Below, one piece after another: positions 28,776-39,037 of a stretch of 48,208 bases of DNA. The translations under genes and the position numbers were made by a program. Below the pieces are notes generated by a model, which saw only the letters and a list, made by a program, of their open reading frames with translations, was not told the DNA's origin and made no database searches. The DNA is from Candidatus Kaiserbacteria bacterium CG10_big_fil_rev_8_21_14_0_10_59_10. GTDB lineage: Bacteria > Patescibacteriota > Minisyncoccia > Phycocordibacterales > UBA2100. Position 1 is the first letter of the stretch. Each line of letters begins with the position of its first letter. The stretch is from positions 1 through 48,208 of the forward strand of contig PFBM01000014.1 in the NCBI GenBank assembly GCA_002773285.1. Direction: 5' to 3'.

Positions 28776-29909
28776 TTAGAGGACTTTTCGTAGTTCACGA
28801 ATAACCCTGTCCTGTTCGCGGAGGGTGAGATCAGGAAAAAGCGGGATTGAGATCTCGGAGGCATAGAAGCTCTCCGCGCGCGGACATAGCTCCTTTCCGT
28901 AGCCAAGTTTTTGATAGTACGGATGGAGGTATACGGGCAGATAGTGCACCTGCACGGCGATACCGACGTTACGAAGGGCGTTAAAGACTCTCGCGCGCGC
29001 GGACGGCTCGGCGACACGAATAGGAAACAGATGCCACGCCGAGTGCGCATCTTTACTGTCCGAGGGCGGCAGGATGAGGCCAGGAATGCTCGAGGCCAGC
29101 TTTTTGTAGCGATGTGCGAGCGCGCGGCGTTTCGCGATGTGCGCGCGAAGCCGCTTCAGTTGCGAGAGTCCGAGTGCCGCCTGAATGTCAGTGAGCCGAT
29201 AGTTGTAGCCGAGGGACTGCATCTCCTGATGCCACGCAGGCGCGTGTTTTTTCTTAAAAAGCGTCCGGTCCTTCACGATACCGTGGTGACGGAACGCGAG
29301 GAGTTTTATATAAAACTCCTTGCTGTTCGTCGCAATAGCGCCTCCCTCACCCGTCGTGATGGACTTCACCGGATGAAAACTGAACATCGTCATGTCGGCG
29401 AGCGACCCGACGGGGCGACCCTTATATGACGCGCCGAGCGAATGTGCAGCGTCCGCGATGAGAAGAAGCTTGTGTTTTTTTGCGATACGCCGCAGTGCAG
29501 TATAGTCCGCCGGGCGGCCCGCGTAGTCAACGGATATGATAGATCTCGTCCTCTTTGTTATCTTCCTCTCAACGTCGTGTGGATCAATGTTCCCTGTTTC
29601 GATGTCCACATCCGCGAATACTGGCTTGGCGCCAACATACAAAACTGCGTTCGCGCTCGCCGCGAAGGTGAGCGCCGGCACGATAACCTCGTCGCCCTTG
29701 CCGAGCCCCGCTGCAGCGCACGCGCCGTGTAGCGCCGCCGTACCTGAAGAAAAAACCGCGCAGTAACGCGTACCCGCTGTGCGTGCGAGCTCTTTTTCAA
29801 ACGCTGGAATGGCCGGACCCTGCGTGAGAAAGTCAGAGCGTAACACGTTCACAACTGCGCGAATATCCGCGGCTGTAACAGATTGACACGAATACGGAAT
29901 GGATCTCAC
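28776..29909 (-). CDS. pseC: PLP-dependent UDP-sugar aminotransferase (DegT family)
   Basis: IPY..QSV...DI, LTQGP, DAAHSLG, FSFHPVKSITTGEGG, GYNYRLTDIQAALG, VQVHYLPV. Confidence 0.88.
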   Translation of the reverse strand: MRSIPYSCQSVTAADIRAVVNVLRSDFLTQGPAIPAFEKELARTAGTRYCAVFSSGTAALHGACAAAGLGKGDEVIVPALTFAASANAVLYVGAKPVFADVDIETGNIDPHDVERKITKRTRSIISVDYAGRPADYTALRRIAKKHKLLLIADAAHSLGASYKGRPVGSLADMTMFSFHPVKSITTGEGGAIATNSKEFYIKLLAFRHHGIVKDRTLFKKKHAPAWHQEMQSLGYNYRLTDIQAALGLSQLKRLRAHIAKRRALAHRYKKLASSIPGLILPPSDSKDAHSAWHLFPIRVAEPSARARVFNALRNVGIAVQVHYLPVYLHPYYQKLGYGKELCPRAESFYASEISIPLFPDLTLREQDRVIRELRKVL

Positions 29910-30988
29910 GTTGATTTCCGCGCTTTTGCACGCCCGGGCGATTTGACGCGCGTACGCGCGCTCTTTTTCATGCGGCTCTGTTTCTTCCCGCTACCGCCCT
30001 CGGAACCTCCCGCGAGAATGCGCGGAGCATGTTCGACGGAACGCAGAAAGCGCGGGTTATCGCTCGCGTATATGAAATCTACCCCGACCGGCGCGCCTTG
30101 TACGGGCGGCTCGTCGTCGAACTGGAGTTGTTCCGGGGAGATAACGTACATGCTTCCTATGTCGCGCGTTCTGCCCGCCTCGTGCTGCGTAATGAGCGTT
30201 TCGTGTAGTTTCTCTCCGGGGCGTATCCCTACGACCCTCACGGAGCAATCCGGTGCGAGACATTTGATAATGTCAACAACTTTCACGCTCTCCATTTTCG
30301 GTACGAATATTTCTCCGCCGTGCATTTGCTCTAGCGCCTCGATCACGTAATCCATCACGCGCTCAATGCGCAGCCAAAAGCGCGTCATACGATCGTCGGT
30401 AAGCGTTATCGTGCCGCTCGAACGCTGCTTTTCGACCACCTCAAGAAGCGAACCGCGGCTGCCGAGGATGTTGCCATAGCGCATAACGGAAAAGCGCGGC
30501 TTTTGCGCCCCGCTCCTTCGGTAGACATTTGCTGCTATGGTGAGCCGCTCCGCACAAAGCTTCGTCGCACCGTATAGATTCACCGGGTGAACCGCCTTGT
30601 CTGAGGAGGTAAAAAGTACTCTTGCGACTCCTGCGTCAAGTGCCGCCTCAATGACATTTTGCGTGCCGAGCACGTTCGTTTTTACGGCCTCCATCGGGTT
30701 GTATTCAAGCGCAGGCACCTGTTTCAAGGCAGCGGCGTGCACGACGAAATCCACGTCCCGAAACGCGCGCATGAGCCGTTCTTTATCGCGCACGTCACCC
30801 AAGAAAAAGCGCAAGCGCTCGTCGTCCTCGAAAGCCCGGCGCAGCTCCGACTGCTTGAACTCGTCGCGGCTGAACACGATGATGCGGCTTACTTTCGTCT
30901 GCAGGAGACGCGCGATGAAGGCATAACCGAACGTACCGGTGCCGCCTGTTATTAATACAGATTTCTCCGCCCAAAATGAGGAATTCAT
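29906..30988 (-). CDS. pseB: UDP-GlcNAc 4,6-dehydratase (inverting)
   Basis: ITGGTGTFG, FSRDEFKQ, HAAALKQVPALEYNP, YGATK, RYGN..SRGS, MTRFW, GIRPGEKLHE. Confidence 0.92.
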   Translation of the reverse strand: MNSSFWAEKSVLITGGTGTFGYAFIARLLQTKVSRIIVFSRDEFKQSELRRAFEDDERLRFFLGDVRDKERLMRAFRDVDFVVHAAALKQVPALEYNPMEAVKTNVLGTQNVIEAALDAGVARVLFTSSDKAVHPVNLYGATKLCAERLTIAANVYRRSGAQKPRFSVMRYGNILGSRGSLLEVVEKQRSSGTITLTDDRMTRFWLRIERVMDYVIEALEQMHGGEIFVPKMESVKVVDIIKCLAPDCSVRVVGIRPGEKLHETLITQHEAGRTRDIGSMYVISPEQLQFDDEPPVQGAPVGVDFIYASDNPRFLRSVEHAPRILAGGSEGGSGKKQSRMKKSARTRVKSPGRAKARKST

Positions 30989-31036
30989 GGATAGCGGCAC
31001 TGTACCAAACAGCGCCCCCCTCGGCAACGATCCGCT

Positions 31037-32155
31037 TTACCGTAACGCACGTATGTGCATCAGTATGTTCCGCGCGCGCTTATCCCACGAGAAGGCGCGT
31101 ACCAGTTCGCGGCCGCGTGCGGCACGCGTGGCCGCTTCGCTCGGCTGCACGAGAATGTCCCGAAGCGCTTGGACCAAAGAAGTGGCATCGTCTGGCGCAA
31201 AAAAATGCACGTGTCGTTCGTCCACGATTTCTCGTACGGACGGGAGGTCGGAGGCGACAACAGGCGTGCCTGATGCGAGGTATTCAAAAAGCTTCACGGG
31301 AGAAGTATAGACACGAGACTCGATAGTGGAAGCGGAATTAGGCAATACGAGTATGTCTGCCGCCCGCAAATAGCGCGGGACCAAAGAGTGCCGCTGGTGA
31401 GGCACGAGAAGTATGCTCTCAGCATCTTTATGCTCCTCTCGAAAGCGAACAATGTCACGATCTGTTCCGCCCACGAATACAAATAGTAGTTCAGGAAGCA
31501 TACGTGCGGCATGCGCGAGCGTCTCCACGCCCTTCCAACCGTACACATTGCCCGTATAGAGCACGATGCGCTTGTGCGCTGGGAGCGATAATTCGCGTCG
31601 CAATTCATTTTTATCCGCAGCAAACTCAAACAACTTTGGTTCATATCCGTTCGGGGCGACCAGCACCCGCTTGGGAGATACGCCGAAAATCCGACACAGT
31701 TTATCTGCCTTAAATTGGTTGGTAGAGATGTATCCTCGTGCACCCCGAATGAGACGCCACCAGAAACGTCGGCGCAGACCGGGAAAGTCATGTATCTCAT
31801 AGAATACCTTGCACCGCCGTGAGAGCATCCATGTAACCCACTGACTTCTCGTAATAACCGCATCACATTCTACTCTACCTGCACGGCGAAACACGGACAT
31901 AGCAAAAAGGATTTTCCTCAACACATACCCCAACCGCCCCGGCAAGTGCGGCCCGGCAGGCAAATATTCGATGGAGAAGTTTGAGGTGATGCTGTAATAG
32001 TCGAAAACAGAAACGGTAAGGTGATTCGTCCATGTCGGTACGAGAAGCGTCACTTGTGCACCTTGGTCGCCGAGTGCGGAGCACATGCTTGCGATCTGGA
32101 TGCCGTGCGCCTTTTCCGTCGGCATGCGAGCGTATGCAACATACAGAACTTTCAT
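31037..32155 (-). CDS. Glycosyltransferase family 4
   Basis: RMPTEKAHGIQI, GWKGV, TSPVKLFEYLASG. Confidence 0.9.
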   Translation of the reverse strand: MKVLYVAYARMPTEKAHGIQIASMCSALGDQGAQVTLLVPTWTNHLTVSVFDYYSITSNFSIEYLPAGPHLPGRLGYVLRKILFAMSVFRRAGRVECDAVITRSQWVTWMLSRRCKVFYEIHDFPGLRRRFWWRLIRGARGYISTNQFKADKLCRIFGVSPKRVLVAPNGYEPKLFEFAADKNELRRELSLPAHKRIVLYTGNVYGWKGVETLAHAARMLPELLFVFVGGTDRDIVRFREEHKDAESILLVPHQRHSLVPRYLRAADILVLPNSASTIESRVYTSPVKLFEYLASGTPVVASDLPSVREIVDERHVHFFAPDDATSLVQALRDILVQPSEAATRAARGRELVRAFSWDKRARNILMHIRALR

Positions 32156-32775
32156 ACTGAAAGAAGAAAATAATAGTGGCTCGGGTCGTCTGGAGTGTGC
32201 CCTTCTTCTCTTACTGTGAACCCGGCGTCTTTTAGGAGAACATGAAATTGTGAGAGGCTCCTGTCGCGTTTACCTAACTCCCAGTAATGCTGGCCGTCGA
32301 AAACATGTTTCTTCCAAAAATGCGGCATTTTCACCATAACAGACATCCACGGAGTAAGGGGAATTTTTACCGTAAACGCGATAATACTTCCGGCGTACGG
32401 AAGCGTAACGACAACATGCCTGCGCGCTATACGTCGAAGTTCCGCAAGCGCCCGCGGGACTTCTTCCCACGGCAAATGTTCGAGCACTTCAGCCGCAAGT
32501 GCCGTGTCAACAGCTTTGTCCGGCAGAGGAATGGCAGTTACAGAACCGACGATGTCCGGCTGTAGTGCCGGATCAATGTCGAGTGTTTGCACTTGGAGTC
32601 CCATTTTTCGTAGGGCATCTGCGACAATACCGCTCCCGATCCCGACCTCAAGTGTACTTTTAGCGTCGCTTTCCACTACAAGATGTATCTGCCGCCAAAA
32701 GTTCGCCCAACGCTCTTTCTTGACATACCCCAATCGGAAATAGTGCTCCTTGTTTACTTGGATAGAGTGCGCCAT
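32152..32775 (-). CDS. Class I SAM-dependent methyltransferase
   Basis: LEVGIGSG, LDID, EVLEHLP. Confidence 0.88.
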   Translation of the reverse strand: MAHSIQVNKEHYFRLGYVKKERWANFWRQIHLVVESDAKSTLEVGIGSGIVADALRKMGLQVQTLDIDPALQPDIVGSVTAIPLPDKAVDTALAAEVLEHLPWEEVPRALAELRRIARRHVVVTLPYAGSIIAFTVKIPLTPWMSVMVKMPHFWKKHVFDGQHYWELGKRDRSLSQFHVLLKDAGFTVREEGHTPDDPSHYYFLLSV

Positions 32776-33560
32776 ATTGCTTTGATTATCTCCCATTGAT
32801 AACGGATGCGCACCCACTCGTATGAGAGTGGATACGTGTTCGGACCGGGATGAACTATGTTGTTATAAATAGCACGAATAGCTATGCCCAACATGGCACG
32901 GAGGGCGCGGTATGTTCCGCGCATCCTTTTTCGTGCTGGAGCGTTTTTGTACCCTTCCACATAGATAGCGAGGTGGTGCGGGAGATCTTTTCCATAGTCC
33001 GCATTGTAGGTTCTCGACTCTATGTAGTATTGCCACGGTGATGTTAATGTCCGAATAGGAACGTTCGAATGCGGCGTAAACCGTTCGTGAAGTGGTTTTT
33101 TATATCGCCCCGCATCCCTATGAAAAAAGCGGACTTGGTAGCCGGGATAATTGGATGAACGAAAGATAGGAGTGCCGTCGAGTATGATCCGTGCGGGAGT
33201 CCTGCACACGCCCGGCGGTGGATTGCCGGCTAAGAACACGCGTATCTCGGCAACAAGCCCTTCGCTTGCCGATTCATCGGAGTCAATACTCAAAACCCAC
33301 GGGTACAGTGCCTCTTTGAGAGCAGCGTTTCTGACGCATGCGAAATTCCGTATGGACCCATCTTCGTTGAGGCACGTACGTTCCTGCTCGATAGTACGCG
33401 CGCCGAACTCTCGCGCGATCGCACATGTATCGTCCGTTGAACCACCATCGCAGATGAGAATATCATCAAAATCCTCCACACTATCCAGCGCTCGCCGAAG
33501 CGTCGCCGCGGAGTTGCGCGTAAGAATGAGTGCGGTGGCTGGGATGGAATCGGGATTCAT
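32754..33560 (-). CDS. Glycosyltransferase family 2 (beta-1,4-glucosyltransferase-like)
   Basis: DGGSTDDT, NFACVRN, WVLSIDSDE, LHE. Confidence 0.88.
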   Translation of the reverse strand: MNPDSIPATALILTRNSAATLRRALDSVEDFDDILICDGGSTDDTCAIAREFGARTIEQERTCLNEDGSIRNFACVRNAALKEALYPWVLSIDSDESASEGLVAEIRVFLAGNPPPGVCRTPARIILDGTPIFRSSNYPGYQVRFFHRDAGRYKKPLHERFTPHSNVPIRTLTSPWQYYIESRTYNADYGKDLPHHLAIYVEGYKNAPARKRMRGTYRALRAMLGIAIRAIYNNIVHPGPNTYPLSYEWVRIRYQWEIIKAIWRTLSK

Positions 33561-34318
33561 AGATATCGACGCATGGCATAGTACCAATCCGCCGCACGTG
33601 TGAGCCGCGCCTTAAATTCCGCAAATGATATTGTCGCGTCTATCTGGATGCGCGGCACCATATACGGTTCTTCACCAACCTGCACAGCGCGCGGTTCGGT
33701 CGTGAACGCAGCATCGTACCCTGCCTCCTTGACCGCCTGCGCGACCGCAGGGGAATGACTGCCTTTCGGATAGGCAAAGAAACTCGGGAGAGCGCCAAAG
33801 CGCTCGCATAGCAACTCTCGCGAACGTATCGCCTCTTCTCGCACTTCATCGACAGAAAGACGTCTTAGTTTACGATGCGTCAGCGCGTGACTTCCAAGTG
33901 TCACAAGAGAGTGCTGCAGGGCTATGGCATCATCCCTGCGCAAAAGTTCGCGTTCTGTGCCGAGTTCGCGACGAGCCGTTTCCTCCAAAGAAACGAACAC
34001 GGTCGCAGGAATACTGAATTTCTTAAGGACGGGTAGCGCGTTGGTGAGAAAGTCTCGGTACCCATCGTCGAAGGTTACTGAAACGGCGCTCCGCGTAAGC
34101 GGCGCACCTCCCATATGCTTGAGTACCTGCTCGAGAGGGATTACATCGTATCGCTCCGCAATGTACTTCATCTGCCGCTCAAATTCGACAGGAGAAACAG
34201 CATACTGCCACGGTTCGTCAGAAACCGAGTGGTAGAGCATGACCGTAAGCCGCGGGGCGCGCTGGAACCGAGCAAAGAATGCGAGCAGCACCAAAGCCGT
34301 TTTGCGCAATAGCTTCAC
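33557..34318 (-). CDS. Polysaccharide deacetylase (CE4)
   Basis: LYHSV, VTFDDGY, GSHALTH, FAYPKG. Probable start is GTG at 34318; the ORF extends to 34384. Confidence 0.88.
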   Translation of the reverse strand: MKLLRKTALVLLAFFARFQRAPRLTVMLYHSVSDEPWQYAVSPVEFERQMKYIAERYDVIPLEQVLKHMGGAPLTRSAVSVTFDDGYRDFLTNALPVLKKFSIPATVFVSLEETARRELGTERELLRRDDAIALQHSLVTLGSHALTHRKLRRLSVDEVREEAIRSRELLCERFGALPSFFAYPKGSHSPAVAQAVKEAGYDAAFTTEPRAVQVGEEPYMVPRIQIDATISFAEFKARLTRAADWYYAMRRYL

Positions 34319-34417
34319 CGTGCCAGTATCCGCTACACAAAGCGGTTGCGCAAGATATTCATACTCTGCATTTCCCGATCGCAAGCTCCCCTTTAACGGC
34401 TCCTTATGCTATATAGT

Positions 34418-35182
34418 ATGGACCATACGGTGAAATGGACCGGTAGTACGCATGTCGAGCAATGCAAAATGACGCACTCTACAGGTAAAACAATAACAAA
34501 AGAGGAGATTGCTTCAGGTTACGATAGAATCGCTCATAAAATAGGCCTGGATGACGCTTTCTATGAGCGCTGCCTGGACATGCACTCTGCCTATCTGGGA
34601 AAGATTCTCGACATTGGTTGCGGAAAAGGTTCATTGCTCCTAAAACTGGCGGCGCGACGCCCGGCGCTGGATGTTCAGCTGCATGGCGTAGATATATCCC
34701 CTGTTTTATGCAGCATTGCGAGGCAAAACGTTCCTCATGCTGAGATCATCGAGGGTGATGCTGAGCGTTTACCCTACATGAGTGAAATGTTTGACTTTAT
34801 CTTCATGACCGAAGCCCTTGAGCATATGCTTGATTATGATGCCGCAGTTTCCGAACTTGTCCGCGTGCTGAAGTCAGGAGGCATCGCCGTTATCACCGTG
34901 CCCAACCACGACTGGATGTCTTTCGAGTTCTACGACAGGAGGAGGAATAAGAAGCGCCAGCCCGTGGACGACCATTATTTCCGTTTTCAAGAAATCAGCG
35001 AGATACTCAGCACCCACGGTCTTACCATAGTCAACGTGCGAGGTTCTGATAATCTTTTTTACTACGGATGGAAACACAATTTTATAGAGCAACCATTGGC
35101 CTTCTTCTTTCCCTTCCTGCAGAAACGAATGAAGCGCCTGATCTTAAAATGCGTCAAATCGCCTGACAGCAAGAGTGAATGA
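34418..35182 (+). CDS. Class I SAM-dependent methyltransferase (only + strand gene in the glycan locus)
   Basis: ILDIGCGKG, GVDIS, GDAERLPY, EALEH, RVLKSGG. Start is 34418 or 34469. Confidence 0.88.
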   Translation: MDHTVKWTGSTHVEQCKMTHSTGKTITKEEIASGYDRIAHKIGLDDAFYERCLDMHSAYLGKILDIGCGKGSLLLKLAARRPALDVQLHGVDISPVLCSIARQNVPHAEIIEGDAERLPYMSEMFDFIFMTEALEHMLDYDAAVSELVRVLKSGGIAVITVPNHDWMSFEFYDRRRNKKRQPVDDHYFRFQEISEILSTHGLTIVNVRGSDNLFYYGWKHNFIEQPLAFFFPFLQKRMKRLILKCVKSPDSKSE

Positions 35183-36245
35183 TCTGTAAGAGACTCCTGT
35201 TGTGCAAATCCGGCGCGAATGCTGATTTCGCAAGTTCGTATCCTGCGCGCCCCATCTCTCTTATTTTCACGTGTTCGGAAAACTCACTTTCAATAGCGCG
35301 CGCAAGCGCCTTCGGCGAACGCTCGTTCACCAGAATGCCAGTTTTCTCTGTAACAAACTCCCGTATCCCGGGAATATCAAAAGCAATAACGGGAATAGCC
35401 GCGGCATATGCTTCCAGAACTACATTAGGGCACCCCTCGCGTCGCGAAGGCAATGCTAAGATATCGTGTGATGCATATAGTGCTGCCAAATTCGACGGAG
35501 GCATAGCTCCCGCAAACCGCACACGTCGAGTGACACCAACCTCTGCCGCAACCCGCGCGAGACGGGCACCAAGAACGCCCTTTCCGACTATTGTGAGACT
35601 AAAGTTACCAGGAAGTTGCGCAAGGGCTCGCACAAGCACTTCATGGTCTTTTTTTTCATCCAAGCTACCGACAGACAGTATACGAACGGCGTCATCTTGC
35701 TGACGCACATGCTCCGGCGGATTTAACGGCACATGAACAGCGTTGTGCAGGATACGAACACGGGAAGCGAGATGCGGCGCATACGAAAGAAGAGAATCGC
35801 GCACCGCGCCCGACACGGCAATGATTGCTTGCGAACGAAATCCTGTAAGAACATCCAGTGTCTTGTAAAAAAAGGGTTTAACGTCGGCCATATTAGCTTC
35901 GCGCGTGATGAGGCAGTAACGTGGCGCAACGAACGAAAGTACACGCGCTATTGCATTTGCCTCGTTCAATGTGGAGTACACAACATCAGGCTGTATCGCC
36001 CGGACAAGTCGCCGTGCACGAAAGTAGCCTCCGATATCAAAAACAGAACGGAACGACAGTACATGTACATGATCCGCGGGAATAATGAGCTCATCTCGCA
36101 ACTCGCCTGTCTTAAAAAGAAGCGCGACATGAACACGCCATCCCGCGCGAGAAAGCGTACGTACTTGAGATACAAAGGTGCGCTCCCCGCCACCAATCGT
36201 GAGCGCATTTATCATTAGCAGTACAGTTCTATGTTCTCCTGTCAT
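35154..36245 (-). CDS. Glycosyltransferase family 4
   Basis: GGGER, VGSLDEKKDH, PSRREGCPNVVLEA. ATGA overlap with the asnB-like stop codon. Confidence 0.9.
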   Translation of the reverse strand: MTGEHRTVLLMINALTIGGGERTFVSQVRTLSRAGWRVHVALLFKTGELRDELIIPADHVHVLSFRSVFDIGGYFRARRLVRAIQPDVVYSTLNEANAIARVLSFVAPRYCLITREANMADVKPFFYKTLDVLTGFRSQAIIAVSGAVRDSLLSYAPHLASRVRILHNAVHVPLNPPEHVRQQDDAVRILSVGSLDEKKDHEVLVRALAQLPGNFSLTIVGKGVLGARLARVAAEVGVTRRVRFAGAMPPSNLAALYASHDILALPSRREGCPNVVLEAYAAAIPVIAFDIPGIREFVTEKTGILVNERSPKALARAIESEFSEHVKIREMGRAGYELAKSAFAPDLHNRSLLQIIHSCCQAI

Positions 36246-38008
36246 ATTCCTGCGTTCTTGAGCGAATGATACAAGAGGAGTGTCTGCCAAAGCATCGACG
36301 GCCGGCGGCGCACCAAAGTAGTGGCCTCTGGTAGGCGTCTGAGGTCGATTAGCCGCTTCTCGCCAAGATACGCAAGCGCGCTCTTGTAATCTCGCTCAAG
36401 GTATCTGGAAGCGGCAAAGAACACGGGAGCATCAAGTCCAAATCCGCGCTTGCCGCGGTACACAAGAGATGATGGCAAGTAAGTGGCGAGCATGCGTTTC
36501 AACAACGGTTTCTTACTTTGAAGCGGGAGCAAAGCAGGCATGCCCGCCTCAGCTGCTGCAACAATCTCTGGATCAAGAAGCGGCATACGTGCCTCCAGCG
36601 ATGAGTACATCGTCGCAATATCGACCTTCCGGAGTATTCCATTCTCGAGGTAAAACTCAGCGTCAAGTGATGTGGGCGATGCATTACGACTCCCGAGAGT
36701 CCGCTTCGCGTGTCGCCACTGCCGCGGACGCATAAGATCTTTCGTCGGAGAAACAGTGAGGAGGTAATAGGAAAGTGGCTTCCTAAAGAACGAGAAAAGC
36801 TTCTCAAAGAGTCGTACTTTGCCCCTAAACCGTGGCGTTCCGATATATAAATAGTCTAATATCGTCATCTCCGCATCAAGCGGCGCGCCGACCATGCGCG
36901 ATAGCACGAGGCTACGTGGATACCCTAAGAAGTACTCATCGCCTCCGTCGCCGGTGAGCACCACCTTCACATGTTCCGCAGCCATACGTGACAAAAAATA
37001 CATAGGAAAAAGTGAGCTGTCGCTGAATGGCTCGTCGATCTGTGCAACTACAGTCGGATAGATCTCGTCGAACTCTTTGATGCCGAAGTACCGCTTGCGG
37101 ATCGAGAGGGCTACGTGCTTCGCTATAGCGTTAAAGTATGCTTTGTCTTCAGGGCGTGCCATGAGCTCTAAACTGAATGCCTCGATCCGGATGTTGCGCG
37201 CAGTGAGAATGGAGGCAATAAGAGAAGAGTCCGTACCGCCCGAAAAGAAAAGACCGACTGGGACATCGGCAACCAGATGTGACTGCACCTTTCTTTCAAT
37301 AAGCGCCTGCAACTCCTCAACCGTCAACGCGTGCGTGGATAACTTCTCATATTCGTGCTCAGTACAGATACCCGTCGCAACATCAACGGTAAGAACGGTG
37401 CGCCGTGGCATGCGACGCACGGCATGAAAGATCGTACGCGGCACGGGCACATACCCAAGTGCCCAGTAGATATCAAGAGCCTCCTCATCAGCGGCGATTT
37501 TTCCACCGACCCCTCTCAACATAGCAATGACTCCTTTAAGTTCCGAGGCGAACATGAACACGCTCCCAACCTGCGCGTAAAAGAGCGGCTTCATGTTCGC
37601 GTAGTCTGTCATAAGAACCAGTGCGCCGGCACTGCGATCGTAGAGCGCAAGCGCATACATACCACGCAGTCGACCAACCATAGCGTTTCCCCATGCCTTA
37701 TACGCATGCAATAACACTTCAGTATCTGATGCAGTAACGCAGAAATGACCGAGGGACTCTAATTCTTGCCGAAGCTCTTTATAATTGTATATTTCTCCGT
37801 TGAATACGATGCGCAAGGTATCATCCGCGTTCGCCATTGGCTGGTTGGCATGTGGGTCGAGGCCGATAATTGAGAGCCTATTGTGACCGAGCGTAACGCG
37901 CCCGTCCGATACAACCGCGGAGAAATCGGGTCCGCGGTACGCAAATGTCTTTGCCGCCTCTCGAATGAGCCCCTCGTGCGCACCGGTTATTCCTATAATT
38001 CCGCACAT
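36242..38008 (-). CDS. asnB: Asparagine synthase-like glutamine-dependent amidotransferase (glycan amidation)
   Basis: MCGI, RGPD, HNRLSII, FNGEIYNY, SDTEV, SGGTDSS, LTGDGGDE. Confidence 0.9.
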   Translation of the reverse strand: MCGIIGITGAHEGLIREAAKTFAYRGPDFSAVVSDGRVTLGHNRLSIIGLDPHANQPMANADDTLRIVFNGEIYNYKELRQELESLGHFCVTASDTEVLLHAYKAWGNAMVGRLRGMYALALYDRSAGALVLMTDYANMKPLFYAQVGSVFMFASELKGVIAMLRGVGGKIAADEEALDIYWALGYVPVPRTIFHAVRRMPRRTVLTVDVATGICTEHEYEKLSTHALTVEELQALIERKVQSHLVADVPVGLFFSGGTDSSLIASILTARNIRIEAFSLELMARPEDKAYFNAIAKHVALSIRKRYFGIKEFDEIYPTVVAQIDEPFSDSSLFPMYFLSRMAAEHVKVVLTGDGGDEYFLGYPRSLVLSRMVGAPLDAEMTILDYLYIGTPRFRGKVRLFEKLFSFFRKPLSYYLLTVSPTKDLMRPRQWRHAKRTLGSRNASPTSLDAEFYLENGILRKVDIATMYSSLEARMPLLDPEIVAAAEAGMPALLPLQSKKPLLKRMLATYLPSSLVYRGKRGFGLDAPVFFAASRYLERDYKSALAYLGEKRLIDLRRLPEATTLVRRRPSMLWQTLLLYHSLKNAGI

Positions 38009-38014
38009 AGGTGG

Positions 38015-39037
38015 TCAGGATAATCCTACAAATAGTCTTTCCATGAGCGTTCTCAAATTATTTTGCCTAACGAGCGTCTCTAGCGCGATACGCCAGTCGC
38101 GATGCTCCTCCTCGGTCACGGTAAGTGCCGCGGCGATCCTTTCCGCACAATCGTTCGGCTCGACGGTCTCCAGCACAAGCTCCCGGGGAACATGCTCGGC
38201 GAAATCACTGCTTGCAGCAAGGACGAGACAGCCGCAGGCGGCCGCTTCCAGAATGGACTTGTCGTACATGCCGGAGGGCGAGCAATTCACGTAGACTTTG
38301 TGCGCACTGAAGAGGTGCGGCGCTTCCGAGTGCGGAATGCCGTCTTGAAAGACCACACTCTCCGCAATGTCGAACACTCGCACTTTTTCTTTCAGACCGC
38401 CTATATATGTGCCCTCGCCGGGCCCGCAGAAGGTCGCAGCGAAATTAAAGCCCTTCGTTCGCAGAATGCCGAGTGCTTCCAATAACACCCCCGGCCGCTT
38501 TGACGGCGAGATCCGGCCGAAAAAAAGTACTGAGCGCGGTTCTCGAACAACGCCGGGCGCGGGCTTAAATATATCGGTGTCTACGCCCACCGGCATCAAG
38601 ACTGTCTTTTTGTATTTCGCCGTATAGGAATGTTTTGATGTACAAAATACTTTCGTGCAAAATGCGGCGGCAATATCCGTGAGAAACGTGCCGGCGTAAT
38701 GATTTCGCCACAGGTATACCCGTTTTCCCAAAAGCTGCCACAGCAACCCGCCAAGCAGAATATACTCTTGATTCATATGGACAAACACCGCGTCATATTC
38801 GTGACGGAATTTCCATGCGTAGTGATAGAAACGGATAACATACCTCACGCGTGATCTGCGCGTCTCTTTTCCGAGGGAGTGCACCGACACATTTTGCGGC
38901 AGAGAGTATTCTCCTTTTTTGAGGCAAACAACGTGAAGATGATCGTACTGTTTTGCAAACTCCTCTATCCACCGATGAAAAAACCCCAAAATAGGATCGT
39001 TCTTGTCGACTGCTTGAGTGATGATTAGGAGGCGCAT
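38015..39037 (-). CDS. Glycosyltransferase family 4
   Basis: DPILGFFHRWI, GRISPSK, DKSILEAAACG. Confidence 0.88.
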   Translation of the reverse strand: MRLLIITQAVDKNDPILGFFHRWIEEFAKQYDHLHVVCLKKGEYSLPQNVSVHSLGKETRRSRVRYVIRFYHYAWKFRHEYDAVFVHMNQEYILLGGLLWQLLGKRVYLWRNHYAGTFLTDIAAAFCTKVFCTSKHSYTAKYKKTVLMPVGVDTDIFKPAPGVVREPRSVLFFGRISPSKRPGVLLEALGILRTKGFNFAATFCGPGEGTYIGGLKEKVRVFDIAESVVFQDGIPHSEAPHLFSAHKVYVNCSPSGMYDKSILEAAACGCLVLAASSDFAEHVPRELVLETVEPNDCAERIAAALTVTEEEHRDWRIALETLVRQNNLRTLMERLFVGLS

